A stretch of 64,000 nt of DNA from an uncultured Gemmatimonadales bacterium. GTDB lineage: Bacteria; Gemmatimonadota; Gemmatimonadetes; Gemmatimonadales; Gemmatimonadaceae. Every line of letters starts with the position of its first letter. Positions within the stretch are counted from its first letter, which is position 1. Location of the stretch: the NCBI GenBank assembly GCA_963850905.1, contig CAWKMU010000003.1, positions 2,720,001 through 2,784,000 of the forward strand, given 5' to 3'. The position numbers and the translations under genes were made by a program. Shown one piece after another: positions 47,900 through 56,807 of this stretch. Below the pieces are notes generated by a model. That model was not told the origin of the DNA, did no database searches, and saw nothing but the letters and a program-made list of their open reading frames with translations.

Positions 47900-49438
47900 G
47901 TGAACGCCTCGGATCGCGCGGCGCATGGCAACACGATATTGAGCGCCTCCGGCGTTTCGGTTCGATTCGGGACGGTGGCAGCTTTGACTGAGGTCGATTT
48001 CAGCGTACGCGCGGGAGTTGTCCACGCCCTCGTCGGCGAGAACGGCGCCGGGAAGTCGACGCTCATGCGAGTCTTGTCAGGCGCCATCCATCCTGACCGT
48101 GGCGCGCTGGCATTGGACGGTACTCCCGTCTTCTTCGCATCACCCCGCGATGCGCGCCGCGCTGGCGTTCGGATGATTCACCAGGAATTGAGTTTGGTTC
48201 CCGCGCTGTCGGTTGCAGAGAACATCTTCCTCGGAGTCGAGCCATCAACCTGCGGCGTGGTGCGGCGGGATCGGATGCGGGGGGACGCGCACGCGGTCCT
48301 GTCGGTGCTCGGAGAAGCGATCGATCCCGACGCACGGGTCGGCATGCTTTCGCTCGCCCGGCGCGAGATGGTGGAGATTGCCAGGGCGCTCGCGGCGGCG
48401 CTCAGGATTCTCATACTCGACGAGCCGACGGCCATCCTCTCGGCGCGGGAGACGGACGCCCTCTTCGCGCAGATTGCCAGGCTCAAGGAGTCAGGCGTCG
48501 GTGTCGTGTATTGCTCTCATCGGCTTGATGAGATCGCGTTGCTCGCTGACGAGATCACGGTGTTGCGAGATGGTGTCCGCGTGGCGCATGGCCCTGCACG
48601 AGCCATGTCGCGCGACGAGATGATCCGCCTCATGGTGGGCCGCACCCTGCAGACGCGCGCGCCCGTTCCTGACGCGCGCGCGACAGCAGTCACCGCCGCT
48701 CCTGATGTCTTGCGGGTCGTCGGGCTCGATACGCCGGTCGTGCATGATGCATCCGTCGCGATTCGCGGTGGGGAGATCGTGGCGCTGGTCGGACTCGTTG
48801 GCGCGGGTCGCACGGAGCTCGCGCGAGCGATCGTGGGGGCGGACCGCCGCCACGGCGGGCAGATCCTGGTCGATGGTCGGGCGGTGGCCCCCCGGACGCC
48901 CGGGGAAGCGATGCGAGCCGGCATCGCATATGTGAGCGAGGATCGCAAGGCGGGCGCGCTCATCCCCCTGGCCTCCGTGTGCCACAACATCACGCTCGCC
49001 CGCCTGCGGTCATTCGCGCGCGGTCGCCTCGTGCCGGTCCTGGACCGAACGCGCGAGCGAACGGCGGCGGGGACATGGGTCGCTGCGCTGCGGATCAAGG
49101 TCCGGGACCTCGACCAACCCGTCGACCGTCTCTCGGGCGGGAACCAGCAGAAAATCGTGCTGGCCCGCTGGCTCATGGAGGAGGGCCCACCGCTCCGCGT
49201 GCTCATCGTTGACGAACCGACGCGGGGCGTCGATGCCGGTGCACGGGAAGAGATTCACTCCGTACTGCGTGGCCTGGCGGCTCGCGGCACGGCAGTCCTC
49301 GCGATCACCTCCGATCTCGAGGAAGCATTTGCGTTGAGTGACCGACTGCTCGTGATGCGCGAGGGGCACATCACCGGCACGCTCGCGACACGTGACGCAA
49401 CGGCGACGGACGTGGCCGCGCTCATGGTTCCGGCGTAG
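47900..49438 (+). CDS. Sugar ABC transporter ATPase (RbsA-like, CUT2)
   Basis: GENGAGKST, ILDEPT, LSGGNQQK, VDEPTRGVD. Confidence 0.95.
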   Translation: MNASDRAAHGNTILSASGVSVRFGTVAALTEVDFSVRAGVVHALVGENGAGKSTLMRVLSGAIHPDRGALALDGTPVFFASPRDARRAGVRMIHQELSLVPALSVAENIFLGVEPSTCGVVRRDRMRGDAHAVLSVLGEAIDPDARVGMLSLARREMVEIARALAAALRILILDEPTAILSARETDALFAQIARLKESGVGVVYCSHRLDEIALLADEITVLRDGVRVAHGPARAMSRDEMIRLMVGRTLQTRAPVPDARATAVTAAPDVLRVVGLDTPVVHDASVAIRGGEIVALVGLVGAGRTELARAIVGADRRHGGQILVDGRAVAPRTPGEAMRAGIAYVSEDRKAGALIPLASVCHNITLARLRSFARGRLVPVLDRTRERTAAGTWVAALRIKVRDLDQPVDRLSGGNQQKIVLARWLMEEGPPLRVLIVDEPTRGVDAGAREEIHSVLRGLAARGTAVLAITSDLEEAFALSDRLLVMREGHITGTLATRDATATDVAALMVPA

Positions 49439-49443
49439 GTCCG

Positions 49444-50322
49444 ATGACCGGCTTCCTCTCCGCGTTCTTCTCGGTCGCAAACCTCATTAACGTCGCGCTG
49501 TCGATTGCCGTGATCGCCATCCTCGGCGTCGGCATGACCGCCGTCATCATCACGGGCGGGATCGATCTCGCCGTGGGCTCCGCCGTGGCGCTCGTCGGAA
49601 TCGTCAGCGCCGTAGCGGCGCACGCGCCATCGGCGGGGTGGGCTGCGGGCGCTGCTGTGCTGGCGGTGCTCGCGGGCCTGGCGACCGGAGCGGTGAGTGG
49701 CGCGGTGACGGGCGCGCTGGTGGCACACCTTCGCGTGCCGGCGTTTCTGGCGACGCTCGCGCTCTTGTCGATCGATCGCGGGCTCGCGTTTGTCGTCGGT
49801 GGAGGCCGTTCGATCGGCGACCTGCCGCCGGGACTCCTCGTACTGGGGCAACGCAACTGGCTTGGACTGCCAATCCCCGTGTGGCTCATGGCCGCAGCGG
49901 TCGGCGGGGGCTGGTTCGTGCTGACCCGCACGGTCTGGGGTCGTTGGGTCTACGCCGTTGGTGGCAACGAGGAGGCGACCTGGCTCGCGGGGATTGATAC
50001 TCGGGCAGTCGTGTTCTGGACCTATGTCGCAAATGGTTTGATTGTCGGTGTTGCCGGTTTGGTATTGACCGCGCGACTCGGGGCCGCCGTGCCCAACGCC
50101 GGCCTGGGGTACGAGCTCGATGTCATTGCAGCCGTTGTTGTCGGCGGGACCGCACTCACCGGGGGCCGCGGCTCGGTGCTCGGCACGCTGGCGGGCGCGG
50201 TCTTCATCGGTGTGCTCAACAACGCCCTCAATCTCGCGGATGTCGACCCGTACCTCCAACGCATCGCCGTAGGCGTCGTCATTCTTGCTGCCGTCCTCGC
50301 CGATCGACTCCGCCCACGATGA
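49444..50322 (+). CDS. Sugar ABC transporter permease (RbsC-like)
   Basis: ITGGIDLAVG, AVGGNEEATWLAGI, YELDVIAAVVVGGT. Confidence 0.93.
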   Translation: MTGFLSAFFSVANLINVALSIAVIAILGVGMTAVIITGGIDLAVGSAVALVGIVSAVAAHAPSAGWAAGAAVLAVLAGLATGAVSGAVTGALVAHLRVPAFLATLALLSIDRGLAFVVGGGRSIGDLPPGLLVLGQRNWLGLPIPVWLMAAAVGGGWFVLTRTVWGRWVYAVGGNEEATWLAGIDTRAVVFWTYVANGLIVGVAGLVLTARLGAAVPNAGLGYELDVIAAVVVGGTALTGGRGSVLGTLAGAVFIGVLNNALNLADVDPYLQRIAVGVVILAAVLADRLRPR

Positions 50323-51284
50323 CGGCGAGCGACCCGCGGGACACGATCATCGGCATCAATGTCGGTGGGACGAAGACGAGCGTCGTCGAAGGTGCTCGCA
50401 ATGGACAGATCCTCATGCGCAGTGAGCGCCCGACCGAGGCCGCGGTCCGATTTGCCGACACGTGGCCCGCGCTCGCCAAACAGATCAGTGACACGATTAC
50501 GCGGTCGCAACAAATGGGACGCCGGCCCACGGCGATCAGCGTCGCGGTCGGCGGTCCCCTCAATGCGCGGGATGGCCGCCTGATCGACCCTCCGAATCTC
50601 CCTGGATGGCACAACGTCGCGCTTGCGGACCATCTGAAGGAGCGGTTCTCGGGGCTGGCTGTTCATGTGGAACATGATGCCAAGGCCGGCGCGGCCGCCG
50701 AGCTCCGGTTCGGTGTGGGCGCCACCCGGCCATGGCTGACCGACATGGTGTTTCTCACGTTCGGGACTGGTCTCGGAGCGGGCATCATCGCCGCGGGCCG
50801 CCTGCTGCGTGGCGGGCACGAGATGGCGGGTGAGCTGTGGGGTCTCGCTGTCCACGCGCCCGATGGCGCCAAGGTCCAGGAGATCAATGGTTGGGAGAGT
50901 GCGGCATCCGGTCGAGGCATCTCCGAGCTGGCAGTGCGGCTCCATCCCTCCCGGTGGCCTGGAGGCACTGAGACGCGCGAAATCGTGGATGCGGCCCTTG
51001 CGGACGACGTCGACGCGCTCGACGTCGTGGTGGAATGTGGGCAATGGCTGGGTGCCGGGATCGCGGCGCTCATCAGCATTCTCGATCCACAACTGGTTGT
51101 CGTTGGGAGTCTCGCGGTCGCGCTCGGCGATCGAGTGCTGGATCCGGCGCGTGCCGAGGTCGCAGCACGTCTTCCGTCACGAAGCAATGCCAGCCGGGCG
51201 ATCCTTCCCAGCGCGCTCGGCACTCGCCTCGGTGACGTTCAGTCTCTGATGGCCGCGATCGAAGCCGAGTCCACGGCGGCATAG
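50319..51284 (+). CDS. ROK-family sugar kinase (atypical, no Cys zinc motif)
   Basis: INVGGTK, EHDAKA, LTFGTGLGAGII..G..LRG...AGE. Confidence 0.88.
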   Translation: MTASDPRDTIIGINVGGTKTSVVEGARNGQILMRSERPTEAAVRFADTWPALAKQISDTITRSQQMGRRPTAISVAVGGPLNARDGRLIDPPNLPGWHNVALADHLKERFSGLAVHVEHDAKAGAAAELRFGVGATRPWLTDMVFLTFGTGLGAGIIAAGRLLRGGHEMAGELWGLAVHAPDGAKVQEINGWESAASGRGISELAVRLHPSRWPGGTETREIVDAALADDVDALDVVVECGQWLGAGIAALISILDPQLVVVGSLAVALGDRVLDPARAEVAARLPSRSNASRAILPSALGTRLGDVQSLMAAIEAESTAA

Positions 51285-52573
51285 CCCTCACCGCCGCGCA
51301 GCACCGCAGTCGCGACCGAGCGGATCTCTCGGTCCGGTCGGACGGCCGCCCACGCGACTGCCGCCACGAGGCAGAGGCCCGCCGCAGTAAAGAACGACGC
51401 TGACCACCCGAAATGGTCGCCGATCCACGGCGTCAAGATCGTGGTGGTGAAGCCGCCGATCTGCGCACCCATGTTCATCACGCCCGAGACTGCCCCTGCC
51501 GACGGGCCGGCAATGTCGGCGCTCGCCGACCAGAACGAGCTCTGTGCGAGGTATAACGTGCCCGCCCCGCCTGCGAGGATCACCGCCGCGAGCCGCGCGT
51601 CGACGATCGTCGGCCCGATGGCGATGAAGACGGCGGCCACTGTGACAGCTGCGGACGCAAACAGGCAGCGTCCGACTCGGGGTCCGAAGCGTTGTGTCAG
51701 CCGATCGTTGATCCAGCCCCCACAACTCGAGCCAAGCGCCATCCCAAGCCCGGGGAGCATCGCGTATCGCGCCGTCGCGTGGAGGTCGAGATGGCGTAAC
51801 GTGCTCAGATAGGTGAAGAACCAGTTGAAGAAGATGTAGGCTGAGTAGCCGTAGCAGAAATACGCGAGGGTGAGCAGCGCCACGTCGCGATTCAGCAGAA
51901 TGTCCCGCCACGGCAGTGGTGCGGTCGCGACGCTCGCCGACACCCCGTCGCGGATGAGTGCGCGCTCGGTGGGCGAAACTCGTGCGCTCTCATCCGGCGT
52001 GTCCCGGGCGACCACGAACCACGCAGCCCCCACGAGGAGTCCGAGCACGCCGCACACCGGAAACGACGCGCGCCAGCCATACCGTAGCATGACCTTGGTC
52101 ACAAGCGGGGCGGCGACTGCCGTCCCGATCCCGACCCCAGTGAAGATGATCCCGGTGGCGACGCCGCGTTCGCGAACGGGAATCCATCGCGCTACGACAC
52201 GGTTTGAGGCCGGATACATCGTGGCCTCGCCGACGCCGAGTGTGAAGCGGATCGCCAGGAACAGCCCTAATGCCAGCGATCCAACGGGCACAGCAGCAGA
52301 GAGGCTACTGAATACCGCCCACCACACTGCCGCGAGGGCGAGCGTGCGTCGCGGCCCGAGGACGTCGGCGACTCGGCCCGCCGGCGCCTGACAGAGCGCG
52401 TACCCAGCTGTGAAGGCGCCGAGAATCCAGGACAGTTGCTGGCGACTCAGTCCATAGTCGTGCGCCAGCGTGCTGCCGGCGACCGACATGTTGACGCGGT
52501 CAAGGTACGAAATCGCGCTCAGCAGAAACAGCCAGCCGATCAGCTGCCACCGCACCTGGCTCGAACCGCTCAT
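51239..52573 (-). CDS. MFS transporter, anion:cation symporter (ACS) family sugar-acid permease
   Basis: ISYLDRVNMSVA, GVGEATMYPA..VVARW.P..ERG, GAVSGVMNMG. Confidence 0.9.
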   Translation of the reverse strand: MSGSSQVRWQLIGWLFLLSAISYLDRVNMSVAGSTLAHDYGLSRQQLSWILGAFTAGYALCQAPAGRVADVLGPRRTLALAAVWWAVFSSLSAAVPVGSLALGLFLAIRFTLGVGEATMYPASNRVVARWIPVRERGVATGIIFTGVGIGTAVAAPLVTKVMLRYGWRASFPVCGVLGLLVGAAWFVVARDTPDESARVSPTERALIRDGVSASVATAPLPWRDILLNRDVALLTLAYFCYGYSAYIFFNWFFTYLSTLRHLDLHATARYAMLPGLGMALGSSCGGWINDRLTQRFGPRVGRCLFASAAVTVAAVFIAIGPTIVDARLAAVILAGGAGTLYLAQSSFWSASADIAGPSAGAVSGVMNMGAQIGGFTTTILTPWIGDHFGWSASFFTAAGLCLVAAVAWAAVRPDREIRSVATAVLRGGEGYAAVDSASIAAIRD

Positions 52574-52613
52574 CCGCACCCCGCTTGGCTCCAGAATCGT
52601 TCAACCTCTCGAG

Positions 52614-52662
52614 CGTCCAACGTCTAACGTCCAACGTCTCACGTCCAGCGTCTGGCGTCCAG
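52614..52662 (+). repeat. Heptamer array (CGTCYNR)x7
   Basis: cgtccaa cgtctaa cgtccaa cgtctca cgtccag cgtctgg cgtccag. Confidence 0.85.
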
Positions 52663-52765
52663 CCTTGCCTCGCGAACCTGGGAGAGTCACCTTGCAGGCG
52701 CTCCGTCCGGCACCGGTGTCCCACGCAACGTGACGTCGAGCGTCCCCCTGCTTCCGGAGGCGTGT

Positions 52766-53224
52766 ATGCGCTGTGGTCCGTCGTTGGTTCGGTGGTTGCC
52801 CGCGGTCGCCCTGTTGGGCGTTGTGAGTGCGGGGACCGCGCAGGCTCAGGAACGCCGTGTCTTCAATCCGCCAGGGGCGCCAACGAACCTGCCGTTCAGC
52901 AATGGAATCCAGGTCGGCAACACGCTGTACATTGCGGGGGTGCAGGGCACGGTCTCGAGCGATATCGAGGCGGAGACGCGGGCCGCGCTCGCGGCCATCA
53001 AGAAGGTGCTCGACGCAGCCGGGTTCAAGCCGAGCGATGTCGTGCAGGTGACGGTGTATTTGAAGGACATCAGTGACTTCCCGAAGATGAACGCTGCCTA
53101 CCGAGAGTTCTTCCCCGATCCCAAGCCGACGCGGACGACGGTCGAGGTCGCGCGCCTGGTCAACAATGCCCACATCGAAATCACGTCCGTAGCGGTCCGC
53201 TCATCTGGAGGATCGGCGCAGTGA
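52766..53224 (+). CDS. RidA-family enamine/imine deaminase with Sec signal peptide
   Basis: RBS GGAGG, hydrophobic signal ending AQA-Q, PFS..GNTLYIAG, KPTRTTV (catalytic Arg), IEI. Confidence 0.9.
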   Translation: MRCGPSLVRWLPAVALLGVVSAGTAQAQERRVFNPPGAPTNLPFSNGIQVGNTLYIAGVQGTVSSDIEAETRAALAAIKKVLDAAGFKPSDVVQVTVYLKDISDFPKMNAAYREFFPDPKPTRTTVEVARLVNNAHIEITSVAVRSSGGSAQ

Positions 53225-54540
53225 CAACCCGTCGCGACTTTGTGAAGCGATCAGTGGCCGCCAGCGCGCTCGTTGGACTCAACCCCGCTGCCGCCGCCGC
53301 GGCGACTGCACGCGGGGATATCGAGCCGCCATCGGCACCGATCGATTACTACGACAAGCTGGGCGTCACCAAGATCATCAACGCTGCCGGGACCTACACG
53401 TATCTGACAGCGTCGATCATGCCCAAGCAGGTCCAGGATGCCATCACGGTCGCGAGCCGACACAATGTCCGTCTGGCCGAGCTCCAGGCTGCGGCCGGCG
53501 CTTACATCGCCAAGCGCCTGCAATGCGAGGCAGCGCTGGTGAGCGCGGGCGCGGCGTCCGCCTTGTCCCTCGGCGCCGCGGGCTGCATGACCGTCGGCAA
53601 TGCGGACGGCCCGCGAGATGTGCCGATCCGCACGAGCGGCTTCAAGAACGAGTTCATCATCCAGAAAGCGCACCGTTTCCCGCACGAGCACGGTCTGGAG
53701 ATGGCCGGGATGAAGCTGATCGAGGTCGAGACTCTCGACGACTACGAACGTGCATTTACCCCGCGGACCGGCGTCGCGTTCTTCTTCAACGCGGCGGAAG
53801 TCGGGCACGGCGCATTGCAGCAGGGGGTCAAAGGCTGGTCCAACGCGCCGGTCACCTCGATCTCACGCGAGGACTGGATCCGCGTCGCGCATGAGCACAA
53901 CGTCCCGACCTTCCTCAATGCCGCCGCGGATGTGCCGCCCATCTCGAACCTTTGGAATTACACCAAGATGGGGTTCGACCTGGTCACGTTCTCAGGCGGC
54001 AAGGGCATTCGGGGTCCACAGAACGCCGGACTGCTCCTCGGCCGCAAAGACCTGATCGTGGCTGCGGCGGCGAACGATTGTCCCAACGACCGGTCCATTG
54101 GCCGCGGGATGAAAGTCGCCAAGGAGCAAATCGTCGGGATGGTGGCGGCGCTGGATTGGTTCCTCGACCAAACCGACGAGGGGCTCGAGGCGGAGGGGCG
54201 GAGGCGTAGCGCGGTGATCGCGGCTGCGCTACGATCGCTGCCGACCGTGACGACGGAAATCTTCATCCCGCCGATCGCCAACCGCGTTCCGCACCTGATG
54301 ATTCGCTACGACCAGACTCGGATTGCCATCAAGCCCGTCAATGTCGCCGATGCGCTGCGCAAGGGCACGCCGTCGATCGAGCTCAATCCGGGGACCGGGC
54401 ACGAGCGCGGTGCCGCCGGCCTCATCTCGGATGCGAATACCATCGTGATTGGCCCGTGGATGATGAACCCAGGCGAGGACGCGATCGTCGGGCGCAGGCT
54501 GCACGAGGTCCTGAAGGCGGCGCTGCAGCCGCAGGCGTGA
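53221..54540 (+). CDS. SelA-like / DgaE-family PLP enzyme with Tat signal
   Basis: MTTRRDFVKR Tat motif, IINAAGTYT, FSGGKGIRGPQNAG (PLP Lys), GRGMKVAKEQIVG. GTGA overlap with the RidA gene. Confidence 0.88.
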   Translation: MTTRRDFVKRSVAASALVGLNPAAAAAATARGDIEPPSAPIDYYDKLGVTKIINAAGTYTYLTASIMPKQVQDAITVASRHNVRLAELQAAAGAYIAKRLQCEAALVSAGAASALSLGAAGCMTVGNADGPRDVPIRTSGFKNEFIIQKAHRFPHEHGLEMAGMKLIEVETLDDYERAFTPRTGVAFFFNAAEVGHGALQQGVKGWSNAPVTSISREDWIRVAHEHNVPTFLNAAADVPPISNLWNYTKMGFDLVTFSGGKGIRGPQNAGLLLGRKDLIVAAAANDCPNDRSIGRGMKVAKEQIVGMVAALDWFLDQTDEGLEAEGRRRSAVIAAALRSLPTVTTEIFIPPIANRVPHLMIRYDQTRIAIKPVNVADALRKGTPSIELNPGTGHERGAAGLISDANTIVIGPWMMNPGEDAIVGRRLHEVLKAALQPQA

Positions 54541-54543
54541 ACT

Positions 54544-54720
54544 GCGGGGCCAGGGGTGAGGGGTCAGGGGACGATAACGGCAACCGCAAGCAATCCACGC
54601 CGACATGTAGGCGCGGCCTTCAGGCCGCCCACCGCCCATGCCCCGACCCGTCATCCTTTTTGCGGTTTGGCGTTGCCGTTCCCCGACTCCTGACCCCTGG
54701 CCCCTGACCCCTGACCCCGC
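54544..54720. repeat. Composite long inverted-repeat element with a central family B REP
   Basis: 27-nt heptameric arms 54544-54570/54694-54720 (3 mismatches), inner arms aacggcaac/gttgccgtt and accgcaa/ttgcggt, central GTAGGCGCGGCC-TTCA-GGCCGCCC. Confidence 0.85.
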
Positions 54721-54725
54721 TCCGT

Positions 54726-56096
54726 TCAGCTCCCCCCGGCGCTTGCCGTCTTACCACCTGCTCCGCCCAACCCATACAGCCCCGCCGCGTTCCCCCGCAT
54801 GACCATCACCGCGATCTCTCTCGCGCGCGCGGGTGTCACGGTGCCGTCGCGGATCATCCCGGTGAGCGCGATCGCGAGGGCGCGCCGCGCCGTGCGCGTT
54901 GCCACCCAGCCCTGGTCACCCCACCCGACCGGATCGCTATTGTGGTCGGCGAAGGCGTCGCTGCCGTAGAGCACCTTTCCCGGGAATTCCTCCAACCAGC
55001 GACGGAGCACGGCCGCCAGCGTCTCCGGCGAGAGGATCTGCGTCATCGCCGAGATATCGGCGTAGACGTTTGGCTTCTCGAAAACGGCGAGCGTCTGATC
55101 CCAGTAGGGCCATCCACCGTGCAGCAGCACGAAGCGTGTTTGCCGGAGCGTCGAGTCGTCGAAGACTGATTCCAGCTGCAGCGGCTGAGAGCCCGCGGCT
55201 GGGTAGTAGCCACCGAAGAAGCCGAGGCAGTGAATGTGCACCACCTCGCCGCGCGCGCCGGCCTCGCGCGCGATCGTGCGGAAGAGATAGTCCTCCAGCG
55301 TCGTGTACTCGGCGTGTGTCGGCACGCCGCCGTGGACGTAGCGGGCGTAGATCGCCGCGGCGGAATCGTGCGGCGGATTGCCGAACGCCAGCGGTCGCAA
55401 GTACGCGATCTCGAACTTGTACGCGACAGCGCCATCGCGCTTCATGCGGTCGAGCGTCGGGGTGAGGACCGTCGTCAGGTACTCATCGAGCGTGCCTGGC
55501 AGCGCTGAGACCTGCAGGTCACGCAGGTACCTGCGCAGCACGCGGGCTTCGCGCGGATACAAGACGCGATCGTCCGGCGTCATCGCCGCCTCTCCGGACA
55601 CGTCCAGCGGAAAGAGCAGGGCGTCGACGAACGAAACCCATCGAAATCGCGGCGGTTGCAGCCCACGCCCCATGACGACGCGGTTCGCGAGCATCGTTTC
55701 GGTGCCCATGCGGTCGAGGGCCCAGTTGGCGAGCTGGTCGCCCTCCTTGCTGGCCAGCGCGGCCTTGGCTTGCACGAGCTCGCGCACGTGCGCGTCCGTC
55801 ATGTCGCTGTACCGGTATCCATACAGCGCATGCCACGGCACAACCCAGCGAGGGTTCGCTGGGTCGAGACCGTACGGCATCGGAAAGTCGGGAATGCCCG
55901 CCAACGGCAGCGCGTCGTTGTCCGTGTCCGCGGGCACTCCGGCCTCCGGCGGCAGCAGCGGGTGTGCGTGATTGTCGATCGCCTTGATGCCGTTGATGTA
56001 TGCCAGCAACGACGAGTCGACCGCGGACTGCGCGTGCACCGGCCGACTCGCCAGAGCCGCGGTCACGAGAGCATAACGAAGAGATGCGCACGGCAA
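54726..56096 (-). CDS. Exported amidohydrolase_2 family protein (FluG N-terminal-like)
   Basis: IDNHAH, YKFEIAY, HIH, LLHGGWP, YGSDA. The start region may carry a 1-nt indel. Confidence 0.87.
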   Translation of the reverse strand: MPCASLRYALVTAALASRPVHAQSAVDSSLLAYINGIKAIDNHAHPLLPPEAGVPADTDNDALPLAGIPDFPMPYGLDPANPRWVVPWHALYGYRYSDMTDAHVRELVQAKAALASKEGDQLANWALDRMGTETMLANRVVMGRGLQPPRFRWVSFVDALLFPLDVSGEAAMTPDDRVLYPREARVLRRYLRDLQVSALPGTLDEYLTTVLTPTLDRMKRDGAVAYKFEIAYLRPLAFGNPPHDSAAAIYARYVHGGVPTHAEYTTLEDYLFRTIAREAGARGEVVHIHCLGFFGGYYPAAGSQPLQLESVFDDSTLRQTRFVLLHGGWPYWDQTLAVFEKPNVYADISAMTQILSPETLAAVLRRWLEEFPGKVLYGSDAFADHNSDPVGWGDQGWVATRTARRALAIALTGMIRDGTVTPARAREIAVMVMRGNAAGLYGLGGAGGKTASAGGS

Positions 56097-56147
56097 CCTC
56101 TTCGGATGGACAGCGTAGAATGTAGAGCTAGACGATAGACAACGACA

Positions 56148-56178
56148 CCGACATGTGGGGGCGGGCTTCAGCCCGCCC
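56148..56178 (+). repeat. Family B REP-like palindrome
   Basis: ccgacat-gtgg-GGGCGGGC-TTCA-GCCCGCCC. Same ccgacatgt leader and TTCA loop as at 54600. Confidence 0.7.
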
Positions 56179-56192
56179 GTTCGTGCCGTGCC

Positions 56193-56807
56193 TCAGAGGC
56201 TCGCCAGTTCGGCCAGCATCGCGCGCGCTCGTGAGCCGACAGCCGCGGCGCGATCGCCGGGGCGGTAGAGGGAGGATCCGATGCCGAACCCCGCAGCGCC
56301 GACTGCGACCCACGGTGCCATTGTACCGAGTCCGACGCCACCCACCGGAAGCACGAGCGTGCCAGCTGGTAGGACGGCGCGCAAGGCCTTGAGCGTCGCG
56401 GGAGTCGTGGCTTCGGCCGGAAAGAGCTTGAGCGCATCGGCCCCGGCCGCGAGCACCGCAAAGGCTTCGGTAGGGGTGAAGAATCCAGGCATGGCCAGCG
56501 CATCGGCGGCTTTTGTTGCGCGTACGACATCCACGGCGGCATGCGGGCTCACAATGAGCTTGCCGCCGGCCGCCACGACTTCGCGTACCTCCTGGACGCG
56601 CATCACCGTGCCGGCCCCTATGAGGGCGCGATCACCAAACGCGGACTGCAACCGTTCGATGCTTACGTAAGGCTCTGGCGAGTTGAGTGGCACTTCTATG
56701 ATCACGACGCCGGCATCGACCAACGCGCTTCCGACTGCGACGGCGTCGTCGGGAGTCAGGCCGCGCAGGACCGCCACGATACGGCAGCGGTCGAGCCACG
56801 CTTTCAT
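56193..56807 (-). CDS. dgoA: 2-dehydro-3-deoxy-6-phosphogalactonate aldolase
   Basis: IVAVLRG, IEVPLNSP, GAGTV, LKLFPAE (Schiff-base Lys), PVGG. Coupled to dgoK. Confidence 0.92.
   Translation of the reverse strand: MKAWLDRCRIVAVLRGLTPDDAVAVGSALVDAGVVIIEVPLNSPEPYVSIERLQSAFGDRALIGAGTVMRVQEVREVVAAGGKLIVSPHAAVDVVRATKAADALAMPGFFTPTEAFAVLAAGADALKLFPAEATTPATLKALRAVLPAGTLVLPVGGVGLGTMAPWVAVGAAGFGIGSSLYRPGDRAAAVGSRARAMLAELASL

Noticed and set aside
49444..49500. RbsC-like permease seems to lack its first TM helix
   Set aside because: No upstream remnant or frameshift is visible and all core motifs are present. Probably natural variation.
51239..51284. 46-nt convergent overlap of the ROK and MFS genes
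   Set aside because: Short tail-to-tail overlaps are common in GC-rich genomes, and there is no sign of a special function.
52614..52662. Possible CRISPR array in the repeat tracts
   Set aside because: 7-nt tandem units without spacers, and no cas genes in the window.
53221..54540. Call as selenocysteine synthase selA
   Set aside because: It has a Tat signal, the SGGK variant and a Rid/dgo context, with no selB, selC or selD nearby. This fits the SelA-like/DgaE group.
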